A stretch of DNA of 64,000 bases from Candidatus Bathyarchaeota archaeon (GCA_963780185.1 CAWABA010000006.1:224001-288000); one strand, 5' to 3'; shown: positions 1 through 11,373, numbered from the stretch's first letter. Notes: a model not told the origin generated them from the letters alone. Translations and numbers: made by a program.

Positions 1-1
1 C

Positions 2-466
2 GATATACTTGAAAAACGAACAAACGTTTTCCTCGGAGGAAAAGGCACCGCCAACGAAATAGCCAAAATGACAGGCGTCAGACTATTCCACATCAAAAGC
101 TTCCTAGGCGACAACGTCTACATCACCCGAGGCGTCAATACTCCGCATCCAAGGGCAGGCGACCTTGAAATCCTAATTTCTTATTCAGGCGAAACAAGAC
201 CAGTAATCATCTGGGCTGACGTCATCAAAAAATTTGCTGGAACAGTCTTCGCAATAACCAGCGCCAAAGACTCAACATTGGCAAAGAAGGCGGACCTGAA
301 GCTTGTCCTGCCTGAAGAAACCAAGCCGCTAACGCCCAGACGCTTCTACACGAGGGCAGCATTCGCATTAAGCCCAGTGCCAGTTAAGCTTGCTGAACGG
401 CTCGGTCAAAGAGGATTAAACCTGCCAGAATACATCATAAGCTGGTACCACTCCGTAACCCAATAA
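2..466 (+). CDS. SIS-domain sugar isomerase-like protein (hexulose-6-phosphate isomerase-like), 5' truncated by window edge
   Basis: Frame open from position 2 (DILEKRTNVFLGGKGTANEIAKM...); SIS motifs ISYSGET and AITSAKDSTLAKKAD. Confidence 0.75.
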   Translation, partial: DILEKRTNVFLGGKGTANEIAKMTGVRLFHIKSFLGDNVYITRGVNTPHPRAGDLEILISYSGETRPVIIWADVIKKFAGTVFAITSAKDSTLAKKADLKLVLPEETKPLTPRRFYTRAAFALSPVPVKLAERLGQRGLNLPEYIISWYHSVTQ

Positions 467-650
467 GTTTAGTCCTTCCTTTCCTTTTGCCGAAATCATT
501 TGCCGTGGCAGAGCGGTTGGTTATGCTTTTTGTTTTTAGTGTTTTGTGTTTTTGTGCAAGGGTACCCGATAGGTAGGCAAAGCATCTACGGAAAGCATAT
601 ACACTTTCCATATACAGCGACCCGCCTTCTGTTGGCAATCAAAAAACGAA

Positions 651-1751
651 TTATGCTGACTTGCTATTTTTCTGCAGCCAGAACAGCTTATTCCTAAGCA
701 CTAACACGACGCATGCTGTGACGGCGGCGACTATGGCGGCTATGATGGCGCTCTCTACAACGATGCCTCTTGGATTTGACGAAGCCTTTGAGGCGGCGGC
801 GATCGGGTTCGAGGTAGTTGAGGTGTCTGCAGAGTTGGTGATAGCGACGGGTGTCATGAGTGGATAGCGGTCAACGGCTGTTGGGTTGGTTCGGATTAGG
901 TAGGGTGTGTCGCCGATGCTTGAGTTGCCGACGGGGGCGGTGCTGGGGTATTTTGCGGCGTAGTTGCTCCAGTAGTTGCCTACTGAGCCGTTGTCCCATT
1001 GAGGAAGCGGTGCTTGGTCGACGGGTCCCAGCTGATCCGAATTGGTTGAAACGATGGTTGTGTCTGAGTTAATTATGAAGTTGTTATCGTAGATTAGGTA
1101 GCTGAAGTCGTAGTAGGTGCCGATGGTGAGGCAAATTCTGTTGCCTGTGAAGTTGTTCTCAGTTACGGTGGTTTTCAGAGTGGGAAAAATCACTATGCCG
1201 CCGTAGTTGTCGGCAATCTGGTTCTGCGCGACAAGGGCGCCGCTGCCTTTTATGTAGACCCCGTAGATGCTATTTGACAAAAAGTTGCCGCAAACGACAT
1301 AGCTGTTACCGTAAATTGCGACGGCGTCTTCGGTTCTGCTGATATTGTTGTCCAAAACGGTGTTGCCATCGTAGGCGCCAGCGACCCCTGTTTCCCAACC
1401 TGAGATGTAAAAGTCACGGACAGTAACGTTGCTGCATGTCAGGTCTATCGCCGCGGTATTTTCTGCTCCTCCGACTCCCGGTGTTCCCCAGCCGCCTGCA
1501 CCCTGAAGCGCAAACCCTTCGCCGTCAAAAACAATGTTGCTACACAGCACAGTAATGGGTGAATCGTAGATGTTTCCTGTAAGGCTGTAAATGTTGCCTT
1601 GCCGCTGGATCAGGCTGGTTCCCGAAACTGAGCCGTCCGCGTTAATGACTATGGCTCCAGCGGACTGCGCCTTAACGCCGAAGCTGACCAAGTTTAGACT
1701 GGCCAGACAAATGAAAACACAAATTATCATCAGTTTCCCTTTTGTTTTCAT
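651..1751 (-). CDS. Secreted right-handed beta-helix (NosD-like) surface protein with C-terminal membrane anchor
   Basis: Signal peptide, INADGSV start, Asn-rich repeats, WDNGSVGNYWSNY and DRYPL motifs, hydrophobic C-terminus with basic tail. Confidence 0.8.
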   Translation of the reverse strand: MKTKGKLMIICVFICLASLNLVSFGVKAQSAGAIVINADGSVSGTSLIQRQGNIYSLTGNIYDSPITVLCSNIVFDGEGFALQGAGGWGTPGVGGAENTAAIDLTCSNVTVRDFYISGWETGVAGAYDGNTVLDNNISRTEDAVAIYGNSYVVCGNFLSNSIYGVYIKGSGALVAQNQIADNYGGIVIFPTLKTTVTENNFTGNRICLTIGTYYDFSYLIYDNNFIINSDTTIVSTNSDQLGPVDQAPLPQWDNGSVGNYWSNYAAKYPSTAPVGNSSIGDTPYLIRTNPTAVDRYPLMTPVAITNSADTSTTSNPIAAASKASSNPRGIVVESAIIAAIVAAVTACVVLVLRNKLFWLQKNSKSA

Positions 1752-1859
1752 CGTTGATTCATCACTTGTATGTCTGAGAAAGCATCAAACAGTCTAATAG
1801 CTCTCCCATAGGAACAGACTGTTCTTTGAGCGGAACAGGCAAAAACTCTGGGCGGGCCT

Positions 1860-3290
1860 CTACTGGCTTTTCAGCCAGAACGGTTTGCCCACAAGAAATT
1901 CGGTTAGGAAAACCGCGAAATCGCTGTTCTCAGAGTACACCCCGCCAATTTCTTCGTTAACCGCAACTCTGAGGTTTTTGCGGATTGACTCTGCAATCAG
2001 GTCTGCGACGCCAGCGTTTTTGCCTCCCCCAGCAAGCTTATCCATCAGAAGTGTTGCGACATCGTTTGTTTTGCGCGGCAACAACACCATCCAACGTCCA
2101 TCTTCGACGAAGGGTCCTGAAATAACATGCTCGCCGCCAGTGTACTTCGCCAAAAAAGACTCACATTCGGGTTCACGTTCAAGCGGCGGACCAAGGTGCT
2201 TTTTGACGCTTGGCAAAACTTGCTGCTCCAACTCGAAGATGAAGACGCTGAGGTTTTTTTCGTTGCTCCAAACCTCGTCTTTGAGGATTTTGCAGTCGTT
2301 AAGCTCTATTAGTTTGTGAAGCGAACGTTTTGTTTTGTAAAGTTGACCCCAAAGGACATCGGGGACAGCGGGCACTTGATCAATTACCAGAAACACTGTG
2401 GATGAACCGCGGTTTTCAAACTCGCTTTTTAAGAGTTTCAGCGGCATGGCGTCGGTTTTCGGAGGGAAAAAGAAGGATCCATCGGGTTTTTGGAGGAATG
2501 CTCTGGCGGCAGCTACAAAATTGTAGAGCTTCTCGGGTTGCACCGCAGATGAGACGTTTCTTCCTTTATCGACAGGGTCAACAATCACCAAAGGCTCAGG
2601 AAAAAGCAGAGCTAACTCACGTTGCCTGCCCGCGTAGAAGCCTTCGATGTCGACTATCACCCGTTTACTATAGTGCGCAAAAGCCTCAACGGTTTTAGCG
2701 AATGCCCCGTACTTCAAGACCAACAGTTCGCACAGGTAACCGCTGAAGCCTCCGACTTTGATTTCGGCTCCGTAGACGCCTGTTCCCTGCATGAACCTTT
2801 TAAGAAGCCTAACCTCGCCGCGCAGCTCCCTCGTCAAATGCCTTTTCATGTAGTCGGTATGGTGGGGGGTGCGGTCAGTTGCACTTTGCCACTCGCCTGG
2901 CTTAGCATCATAACATGGAACAATGTCCACTCGGTAGCCTTCAACGAAAACTTCAAGGTAAGGATGCTCCGCGAAACGTTCAATCTGCTTGTAGGTGCCC
3001 GCTGCTTTTTTGGCGATTCGCAAACCTACGTCTCCCAGGTTTTTTCTCGGGATTGAGGTAGGCAGGCGCATGAAGATGTCGATGTCTGGGTTCTCTTTGA
3101 GCCACGTGTCTTTGGCAACTGAGCCTTCAACCCGCACGACAGCGGAGACACCCTCTTCTTTGCAAGCCGACGCCACTTTCTGCTCCATTTCCCGGGTTAT
3201 AGCCTCAACTTTGGCTACGTCCCTTTCCGTAGGCGTAATCTGCAAAAGAGCTTGCTTGGTTACCGCTTCGATTTCAAGCATGACGGTCAT
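1860..3290 (-). CDS. cca: CCA-adding enzyme (archaeal class I tRNA nucleotidyltransferase)
   Basis: EGSVAKDTWL..DIDIF, AEHPY, DRTPHH, GGFSGYLCELL, DPVD.GRNV; start set at ATG 3290, which overlaps the thpR stop (ATGA). Confidence 0.95.
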   Translation of the reverse strand: MTVMLEIEAVTKQALLQITPTERDVAKVEAITREMEQKVASACKEEGVSAVVRVEGSVAKDTWLKENPDIDIFMRLPTSIPRKNLGDVGLRIAKKAAGTYKQIERFAEHPYLEVFVEGYRVDIVPCYDAKPGEWQSATDRTPHHTDYMKRHLTRELRGEVRLLKRFMQGTGVYGAEIKVGGFSGYLCELLVLKYGAFAKTVEAFAHYSKRVIVDIEGFYAGRQRELALLFPEPLVIVDPVDKGRNVSSAVQPEKLYNFVAAARAFLQKPDGSFFFPPKTDAMPLKLLKSEFENRGSSTVFLVIDQVPAVPDVLWGQLYKTKRSLHKLIELNDCKILKDEVWSNEKNLSVFIFELEQQVLPSVKKHLGPPLEREPECESFLAKYTGGEHVISGPFVEDGRWMVLLPRKTNDVATLLMDKLAGGGKNAGVADLIAESIRKNLRVAVNEEIGGVYSENSDFAVFLTEFLVGKPFWLKSQ

Positions 3291-3865
3291 TTTTGCTCCT
3301 GCGCTGGGCAATATTCTCTAAGCGTCGAATACGTTGGACCTTCCGGCGAAAGCTGGCTCCGCTTGAGCCGAAGGCAGTCTGCCTTGATTATGCCGAACTC
3401 ATAATCAGCCCTCTTTGTCACCAGTTCAGCCAAGTTCTGCCTGTTTGCCCCAGACCTTACCCGTGCAATAGTTAAATGTGGACTAAAGCCATAAGCGTCC
3501 GCCGCAAAACCCAACGCATGGATCTGCGGTTCCAGCTGAGTGAAAATGCTTTTGAGTTGGTCCACGCCGTCGGTCATTCCTGCCCAAACAACGCGGGGGG
3601 AGTTGAGGTTGGGAAAAACGCCTAATCCGCAGAGTTTGATGATGAAGGGCGTAAACTTTACGTTTTTCATGGCTTCATAGATTTTGTCAACCATGCTTGG
3701 GCTGATGTCGCCTAAGAATCGGGTTGTTATGTGGATGTTTTGCGGCGCCACAGGTCGAAGGTCCGCTCCTGTTTCAACCAAAAGTTTCTGCGTTGCGGCG
3801 AGCCTGCTGAGCACCTGTTCGTTTTGCATGTCAAACGCAATGAAGCTTCTTATCCGCTCGGACAT
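3287..3865 (-). CDS. thpR: RNA 2',3'-cyclic phosphodiesterase (2H family)
   Basis: Two HxT motifs (HITTRFLG, PHLTIARV), RSFIA start, adjacent to cca. Confidence 0.93.
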   Translation of the reverse strand: MSERIRSFIAFDMQNEQVLSRLAATQKLLVETGADLRPVAPQNIHITTRFLGDISPSMVDKIYEAMKNVKFTPFIIKLCGLGVFPNLNSPRVVWAGMTDGVDQLKSIFTQLEPQIHALGFAADAYGFSPHLTIARVRSGANRQNLAELVTKRADYEFGIIKADCLRLKRSQLSPEGPTYSTLREYCPAQEQK

Positions 3866-3991
3866 CTATTTTCCTTCAGAATACCTTTAGCAGAACACCC
3901 TCATAAATCCTTTAAGCAAACGCTTATCTGAATTGTGGGCTTCCAGCCGCTGCTTGAGAGTAGAATGCTAAAAAAAGCTTAGTGATAGGTA

Positions 3992-4582
3992 TTACAGGGT
4001 TGCCCCGCAATGGAGGCATTGGGGTTCAGTTGACCTGTTCGCCGTCCCGCATCGGTAGCAGTTTATCGTTTCACGGTTCCTCTTTGAAATAAGCATGTTA
4101 ATAGCCGCAGCCCATTCCTTGCTTTCAATTTTCACATTATAGTTGAATCTGCGAATTCCTTCTTCAAAGCTACCTGGTTTACCCCAATAAAAGTCCGAGG
4201 CATTAGATACGTTATCGTTAAATGGAGCCAACCTGAATTGCTCCGTTTTGCCGTTGTTAAATCGGATAGCCAATAAACCTTTGGCGTTTAAAAAAGCCGC
4301 AGCCATATTCAGGATGTGCCCCGTCTCATTGCAGTAGTGAAATTCTGTCTCGGTCAACCAAGCGTTTTTGCAGCGCAGCAAAAACCCCTCTTGTTTGTCA
4401 TCCTCAGAAATATTTGGCTTGTGAGAGTAACAATCATAATTGTAGGTTTCTTGGATTTCCCATCCGCAGTTGCTGCATTTCAAGTCGGTTTTTTCAATGG
4501 ACATTCCGCAGAGTGGGCAGTAGGCAGGTCTGCTCGTGTTCGGGTTCGCTGCAGGTTCAGGCGGTGAGGTCATGTCGGGCAT
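3992..4582 (-). CDS. Double zinc-ribbon domain hypothetical protein
   Basis: CPLCG/CSNCG at N-terminus, CYRCG/CLHCG at C-terminus. Confidence 0.7.
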   Translation of the reverse strand: MPDMTSPPEPAANPNTSRPAYCPLCGMSIEKTDLKCSNCGWEIQETYNYDCYSHKPNISEDDKQEGFLLRCKNAWLTETEFHYCNETGHILNMAAAFLNAKGLLAIRFNNGKTEQFRLAPFNDNVSNASDFYWGKPGSFEEGIRRFNYNVKIESKEWAAAINMLISKRNRETINCYRCGTANRSTEPQCLHCGATL

Positions 4583-4785
4583 CGACCATAGTTAATTCTC
4601 ACCTCTTATAAGATTTGTCACCTAAGCGGTTACACTTGGAAGTCGGTTCCGAGTTACAAGCTGAAGTTAAAAGGGCACAAGCTTTTCAGAGCGCTGAAGT
4701 AGCCACCGAAGAAGCGGATACTTTCTCCGAGTTTCAGATACTCTTTAATGGAAGTTACCGACATAGAAGCAAAAAAGGGTACGCT

Positions 4786-5355
4786 ATGAACGCTGACAAA
4801 ATAGTTGTAGGTTTAGCTGGGATGCCTGGGTCAGGCAAATCCTTGGTTGTTGAGGCGGCACGCGAATTAGGCTACGCCATCGTGGTTATGGGTGACGTGG
4901 TCAGGGAAGAAACAGCCAAACGGGGATTGGATTTGACGCCGCACAACGTAGGCAAAGTTATGCTTGAACTGCGCGCGGAAGGCGGAAACATCGTGGTCGC
5001 GTCGAAGTGTATCCCCAAAATTGAGGAACAAGCAGGCGTCAAGGTTCTGGTCGATGGGTTGCGAAGCCTCTACGAGGTCGATGCGTTCAAGCAGCATTTT
5101 GCAAAATTCACCGTTTTAGCTGTGCATGCTTCCCCAGAAGCAAGATTTACCCGTTTGTCTAGCCGCCGCCGAAGCGACGACCCCGACGGGTACGAAGTGT
5201 TTCATGAACGTGACATGCGTGAGTTAGGCGTCGGGTTAGGTAACGTTATAGCGATGGCTGAGCAGTTGATAGTTAACGATAATAGCGCTGAACAGGTGAA
5301 GGATAAAGTGAAGGACGCGTTGGGAAGGATTGAGGCGAAATGGACGACCAAGTAG
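4786..5355 (+). CDS. P-loop nucleotide kinase (UPF0200/dephospho-CoA kinase-like)
   Basis: GMPGSGKS Walker A, MGDVVREE, VDGLRS, RDMREL; start at ATG 4786 rather than 4615. Confidence 0.85.
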   Translation: MNADKIVVGLAGMPGSGKSLVVEAARELGYAIVVMGDVVREETAKRGLDLTPHNVGKVMLELRAEGGNIVVASKCIPKIEEQAGVKVLVDGLRSLYEVDAFKQHFAKFTVLAVHASPEARFTRLSSRRRSDDPDGYEVFHERDMRELGVGLGNVIAMAEQLIVNDNSAEQVKDKVKDALGRIEAKWTTK

Positions 5356-5750
5356 TAGTTCACGCGGAAGCGGAAATTAACCCGACGGAAACCGAGGAAA
5401 AAGTCAAAGCGGCAGTCCTCAACGTACTAGACGGCAATGTAACCTTCGCAGTAAAGCCTGACCTCAAAGGAAGCGTTTTGGCGGCTGAAACATCTGGGCA
5501 GGATTCCCTTTTCAAATTTCGTAATATGCTCAGAAACGACAGGATTCGCGATGCCGCCAGAAAAGCCCTGTTTCACAGCATAAGAGGAAACACAATCAGC
5601 TTTTGCATAAACAAGCAGGTCGCTTTTGCGGGGCACATTTCTTTTTCGGAGGAAACAGCAGAATCCCCCTTAGGCCCCATACGCATAACCATAACAAGCG
5701 AAAGTCCACAGCAGCTTGTCGAGTGGTTGGCTGAAAAAACAGTTAGGTAA
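5340..5750 (+). CDS. UPF0201/DUF54 archaeal RNA-binding-like protein
   Basis: INPTETEEKV, IRDAAR, NKQVAFAG, SPLGPI motifs; usual neighbour of the UPF0200 kinase. Confidence 0.85.
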   Translation: MDDQVVVHAEAEINPTETEEKVKAAVLNVLDGNVTFAVKPDLKGSVLAAETSGQDSLFKFRNMLRNDRIRDAARKALFHSIRGNTISFCINKQVAFAGHISFSEETAESPLGPIRITITSESPQQLVEWLAEKTVR

Positions 5751-5761
5751 GGACACAAGGG

Positions 5762-6778
5762 ATGGCTGAAAGGGCGCAGGTTGCGAAAAACGGTGCAGTT
5801 CTGCTGGGAAGCAGCGTCGCGTGTGACGCGTTCGATGACAGTCGACCCCTGCGGATTGTAACCCACGCCCACGCTGACCATCTTGGCGGCTTGCGTAAAA
5901 GCATCAAATGCTGCCAGAAAGTTGTGATGACAAGCGCCACAAGGGACCTAGCCGAGAAACTCGACGGTACCCTCAAGCTTAGGCGCGCCCCGATTGAAAC
6001 GTTAGAGTACGGCGAACCGATGATGTTCGGCGACGAACGCATTACCCTCCATAAAGCTGACCATATTTTGGGTGCTGCTCAGGTGCTGGTTGAGGATGCT
6101 GGCGGGATACGGATTGTCTACAGCGGCGACTTCCGCATAGATGACACCCCAGTTGTGGAATGCGACGTGCTTGTGGTTGAGGCAACATACGGAAGCCCTT
6201 CTTGCAGACGCAAATTCAACGTGGATGTTCGCGAGCTTTTTGTGTCGATGGTTGAGAAGCGTCTTCGCGGCGGCGCCGTTTACGTTTTCGGGTACCACGG
6301 GAAACTTCAGGAAGCCATGCAGCTTCTAAGAGACGCCGACGTTTCAGTGCCCTTCGTTATGCCTGAGCGTGTCCATGAAATTGCCCAGGTCTGCAAGCAT
6401 CATGGCATGCGTCTCGGCGACATGTCGCTTTCAACGGAAGTTGACGGACGACAACTTTTGGAGGGCAATCTTCCATGCGTCGCCTTCTACCACATGAACG
6501 CCCGCGGCTACGTCGGTCTACCCAACGCACGCATCTGCCTCAGCGGCTGGGAATTCAATTCAGCATGCAAACAAATCGGTGAAAGAGAATATTTGGTGGC
6601 TTTAAGCGACCACTCAGACTTCGACGGCTTACTCGAGTATGTGAAGCGTTCAAAGGCAAAACAAGTCATCACAGACAACTATCGAAGCCACGGCGCCGTT
6701 TTAGCTAAGGAAATCCGCAAAAGATTAGGCGTCTCCGCGTTCCCTATGCCAAGAACCCCTGGGCAAACCACGTTGTAA
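5762..6778 (+). CDS. Metallo-beta-lactamase fold (beta-CASP-like) nuclease
   Basis: THAHADH, HILGA, YSGDF, EATYG, SDHSDF motifs. Confidence 0.85.
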   Translation: MAERAQVAKNGAVLLGSSVACDAFDDSRPLRIVTHAHADHLGGLRKSIKCCQKVVMTSATRDLAEKLDGTLKLRRAPIETLEYGEPMMFGDERITLHKADHILGAAQVLVEDAGGIRIVYSGDFRIDDTPVVECDVLVVEATYGSPSCRRKFNVDVRELFVSMVEKRLRGGAVYVFGYHGKLQEAMQLLRDADVSVPFVMPERVHEIAQVCKHHGMRLGDMSLSTEVDGRQLLEGNLPCVAFYHMNARGYVGLPNARICLSGWEFNSACKQIGEREYLVALSDHSDFDGLLEYVKRSKAKQVITDNYRSHGAVLAKEIRKRLGVSAFPMPRTPGQTTL

Positions 6779-6864
6779 GCAGACATTTTTGGTTGATTTT
6801 GGTTAAGCTTAAATGTGCAAAATGAAACTACTCTTTCAACCTACCCTAAGCAAAGGAATGGAAA

Positions 6865-8133
6865 ATGACTAAAACATCTGTAATCTCAGGATTCTACAAG
6901 CTTCCGCTCAAGGAGCGTTTAGCAATCGTTAAAGATTTTGCAGGTTTAACCGACGAAGAAATCGCGCTGCTTGAAAACACGGGCGCAGTAGCCTTCGACA
7001 CGGTTAACCACATGGTGGAAAACGTAATCGGCGTGTTCCCTGAACCGTTGGGGCTCGCAGTCAACTTTCAAATTAACGGTAAAGACTACCTTATTCCGAT
7101 GGCGACTGAAGAGCCAAGTGTTATTGCTGCTGCCTGCTATGCCGCAAAAATGGTCCGTGATGGAGGAGGCTTCCACACAAGCAGCACCGCTCCAATCATG
7201 ATTGGGCAAGTTCAAGTTGTCCGCCTAAAAGATGCTGAACAGGCAAAAAAACACGTTTTAGACGCTAAGGCGGAGATTCTTAAAAAAGCCAATGATCAGG
7301 ACCCAGTGCTGAACTCTTTCGGTGGCGGAGCCAAAGACTTAGACGCAAAAATCATCGAAACAACCATGGGACAGATGCTGATCGTCGAGTTCTACGTTGA
7401 CTGCCGCGACGCAATGGGCGGAAACGCCGTTAACACCATGGCTGAAGCAATAGCGCCCCAAATTGAACAGCTAACTGGCGGTCACGTTTACCTTCGCATC
7501 ATCTCTAACCTTGCCACTAGACGAATGGCGAAGGCTTGGTGCACCATACCCAAAGAAGCTTTGGGCGGAGAAGCGGTTGTTGACGGTATTGCTTACGCTT
7601 CGGCTTTCGCCGCTGCTGACCCGTACCGTGCAGCGACACATAACAAAGGCGCAATGAACGGCATCATCGCAGTTGTCCTCGCAACAGGCAACGACCACCG
7701 CGCCATCGAAGCTGGAGCACACGCCTACGCCGCGTTGAAGGGACCTTACACAAGCATCTCAAAATGGACAAAAAACGTGGACGGCAACTTGGAAGGCGTC
7801 ATCGAATTGCCGATGGCTGTAGGATTAATCGGCGGCGCCGTTAAAACTCACCCCGTGGCGCGAGTTGCCATGAAAATCCTCGGAGTTAAGACGGCCAACG
7901 AGTTCGCGGAAGTCTTGGCTGCGGTTGGCTTAGCCCAAAATCTTGGTGCCCTTCGAGCGTTGTCAAATGAAGGCATCCAGAGGGGTCACATGTCACTTCA
8001 TGCGAGGAACATCGCGATTACTGCTGGTGCAAAAGCTGAAATGGTGGATTTAGTGGCTGAACGGATGGTGAAGGAACGCAAAGTTCGAGTCGACAGAGCA
8101 AAAGAAATCATGGAAGAACTTGGAAAGAAATAG
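6865..8133 (+). CDS. mvaA: Hydroxymethylglutaryl-CoA reductase, class II
   Basis: ENVIG, MATEEPSVIAA, DAMGGN, THNKG.MNG, GIQRGHMSLH. Confidence 0.93.
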   Translation: MTKTSVISGFYKLPLKERLAIVKDFAGLTDEEIALLENTGAVAFDTVNHMVENVIGVFPEPLGLAVNFQINGKDYLIPMATEEPSVIAAACYAAKMVRDGGGFHTSSTAPIMIGQVQVVRLKDAEQAKKHVLDAKAEILKKANDQDPVLNSFGGGAKDLDAKIIETTMGQMLIVEFYVDCRDAMGGNAVNTMAEAIAPQIEQLTGGHVYLRIISNLATRRMAKAWCTIPKEALGGEAVVDGIAYASAFAAADPYRAATHNKGAMNGIIAVVLATGNDHRAIEAGAHAYAALKGPYTSISKWTKNVDGNLEGVIELPMAVGLIGGAVKTHPVARVAMKILGVKTANEFAEVLAAVGLAQNLGALRALSNEGIQRGHMSLHARNIAITAGAKAEMVDLVAERMVKERKVRVDRAKEIMEELGKK

Positions 8134-8137
8134 CAGC

Positions 8138-8162
8138 CGTTTTCTTTCTTTTTTTATTTTTA
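8138..8162 (+). terminator. Oligo-T archaeal terminator after HMG-CoA reductase
   Basis: Long T-rich tract directly after the stop codon. Confidence 0.55.
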
Positions 8163-8476
8163 ATTCTAAGCAAGTGAAAACTTTAAACCGACTTTGCGCT
8201 TTTTCTGTGGCTCGCTTAACTCATTTCAATTTGCGCTCGGCCCGCATTTTGCTGGATAACGGAAGCCAGAATTTGAAAAGAATGTTCTAGGAGAAAACAA
8301 CCCGTTAAGAAAACTATCGTTGGACGCAAACTTTTATGACCCTACCTTGCAGTGAAAACTTAGGTTCCTTGATAATTCAACCGCAGATGCTAAAAAACAG
8401 GCTTTATTATTTTTTTGAAAAAATTCCTCGAGTTCGACAAAAAAAAGAAAAAGGAGATGTTGTTTTTTGTTCGGTT

Positions 8477-11373
8477 TTATTGCTTCTTTCTGCTAAGCAT
8501 CAACAATGTCATTGCGCCGATTATGACTATCACAATGATGATTGCTATGCCTATGTATTCGACTGTTGCTTGAGTTGCTACTCCGTTAAGCGGTGTTGCC
8601 GTGGGTGCTGGTGTTGCTGCTGCGGGGCTTGCGTAGACGTGTGTTTCAGCTGATGATGGGTAGTAGCCGTTGGTGCCGAGGAAATTGGCGTAGACTGTGA
8701 AGTTGCCTGATATTTCTGGAGTCCATGTTAGACTGTAGGTGCCGCTTTGGTCTGTTGTTGGGGTGCCGATTACTCTGTAGTTTCCGTTAGAGTCTAAGAC
8801 GGATAACTGGACTTTGACGCCTGTGAAATTCGTTGGTTTTGCTTGTTGCTGGTAGACGTATGCCATCCAGTCTTGCATGGATGCGTCAGAAGATACTGGT
8901 ACGCCGTTGGGGAAGTCCGCTTTCTGCTCTGTCTGCTGGGTTCCTGCGGAAACATCGGTTACTGTGCCACTGATTACGATGGGCGCGGTTGTTGATACGC
9001 CTACGTTAGGGGCTGTGACCGTTGTTGAGCTGGGTCCTTGTCCGACAGTGTAGATTTGGTCGTCGTATCCGTTGAAGAATGTTGCGTATCCATCTGCCAT
9101 GGCGAAGCTGGTTCCAGTGAACGAGCCTGACACGTACGCTGAGAGTTTCCAGATTTCTTTTCCAGTGGTTGCGTTGATGGCTTCTGCGGTTGCACCCTTG
9201 TATATCGGGTCCGTGATGGTGTGTTCAACTGTAACATCGTAGATTACGCCGTTGCCGATAGCCATGATGAAGCTTGGGTAGTCGCCGTAGAACGTGTTCA
9301 ACCCTGCGTTGGTGCTGTTGCCTGCGCCGCCGTTGCCGTAAGTCCATACTAGTTTGGCCTGTTGTGTCGTTGTATGCGTAGCATATCCCTGCGAATGAGC
9401 TGCTGTAGAGGAAGCCGTAGGCTGTTTCACCTGCTAAGGTTCCTGGACCTGGGCTGCCGTAGTAGTCAAACGCTGATTGTGGTGTGCTTGGTGCCCAAAG
9501 CTGCTTTCCAGTCGTCATGTCGTAGCCGACCCACTGCAGTGTTTCTCGGTAGTTCAAGATGAAGACGTTTGTTTGGAAGTCAACTGGTCCCTGTACAACA
9601 GTGATGTTGCCTGCTGGCGGGGAGTATGTCTGCATCCAAAGTACTTGACCGAATGTGGTGTGAGCTCGGTTTACGTCCACAGCAAAGTATGTCCAAGGAG
9701 TCTGAGGTGTTCCTGTGCCCGTTGCTGCATATCCGCCTGCCTAGAGTGCCGTTTCGGAGAAGCAATATGTCGTCGTAGCTGGCTGCAACTATTGACGGTG
9801 TTGTGGTCATACTGTTGCGCCAAGGTATCGAAATGTTCCAGTCATAGGTGGTCAATGAATCTTGGTTGATGTCCTTGAGATGCGTTGTTGTCGAGCCTGC
9901 GGCAAGTGCACTTGAGTTCTTGGGAATGTTTGCGTTGATAACTAATGAGTCTCCGTAGTGCACTACGTTGCTTGTGCCTGCTGGAGCGCCTGGTGGTAGA
10001 GTGCCTGTGCTGCCTGCGAATGGAATTGGAAAGGCTGAAGTGAGAAGGCCGTTGGTTGAGTTTATGATTGAAGGAACTAAGCTTCCGCCGCCTGTGTATG
10101 GGTTAATGTCGTATTGCCAAAGTCTTGATGAGTTCCATTCGCTGAGGTACCAGTTTGTGCCCGAGCCAGCTAAGACGTATTTGAGCTGTTCACCTTCTGG
10201 TCCGACAATTGCGGTGCCTGAGGGTACGCCTGTAACGTTGAACATTGCTTGTCCATTAAAAGCATTGAACGCTCTTGCAAAGTTGGCTGTGAACAGAATT
10301 GGGGGGAAGACTCCGTGTTCGTCAGGGTCCCAAAGGTTGTAGATATAGGCGAATGACAATGATGGTATTTGAGTGCTGCTCCATACTACCTGTCCTGTTT
10401 GCAGGTTTTCGCAGACTGTTGCTCCGCCGCTTGGCTGAGTAAATCCAACTGGTTCAGTGAAGTACAGGTATCCGTCCACTATGATGGGGTTGACGAATCT
10501 CTGTTCGTAGGCTGAGCCTTCGAAGTAGCCGACTCCTAGCGAGTTAGTATCGAAGATTGAGTTTTGCTGTGCCGAAACTCCGAATTGGCCTCCGACGATG
10601 CCTCCCATTTCAAGCGGCTGTGTCCACATAACGTGTGAAGTTAAGGATCCTACGCCGTCTGGATGGTAGAATAACTCGGTTGGGCCAACAGAGCCAGAGT
10701 AGCCTGCTGAACCTGAGCCTAGCCAGTTTGACGAAATCGCGTACCAGTTCGTGTTTTCACCGTATATTGGTCGTGTCCAGTAAGCTGACGGTAATGGTTC
10801 GCTGGTGATTGCTGCCGGTATCGGGTTTGCTTGCACTGTGACTGTTGTTTGTGCACTGCTTGGCATATAGTAATCTCCGACGATTGATGATTTTTCGTAG
10901 CCGTCACCGTTTGCTCCGTAGATTTGACCTGGGAACGAGAAGATCAGAGTGTAGACACCGGTTGAGCTGGGTGTAAAGCCTGTTTCCTGAGCTGATGTTG
11001 AGTCTATGATGTTTGGGAAAATGGTTGTTGTCGGCGAACCACTAGGCGGTACAACGGTGAGGTTGAAGTTGTGGAATCTCCAGTTGTTTGATAGCAAAGC
11101 TGCGCTGGCTGTTGAACCGTTGGTTGAGATGACTGCGCTTGATCCTCCGGCTGCTCCGTAAACCATGTCAAGCCACATGTAAACTTGTATTGTCTGTCCT
11201 GCGCCGATTGGGTTAGGTGTAGCTGTAATGTAAGCGTACGTTGGAATGTTCCATTGGGTTTTATCGGTAGAAGTGTTGTGTGCGCTTGCGGTTAGCATCA
11301 TTGGTGCTCCCAAAGAGAGTGTTAGAACTGCTGCAATCAGAATAGCCATTGATTTATTTTTTGACAAATTCAA
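8477..11373 (-). pseudogene. Large PQQ-like beta-propeller surface protein with C-terminal anchor, split by two frameshifts (~9741, ~9357) as assembled
   Basis: Three overlapping ORFs (9580-11373, 9225-9680, 8477-9430) join into one protein: signal peptide...LLRNGTL|AGGYAATG...YNDTTG|KLVWTYGNGG...TM+RKKQ; may be an intact gene with assembly indels. Confidence 0.75.

Noticed and set aside
4615-4785. 57-codon N-terminal extension of the P-loop kinase ORF
   Set aside because: Family similarity starts at ATG 4786, which has a TATA-like element upstream
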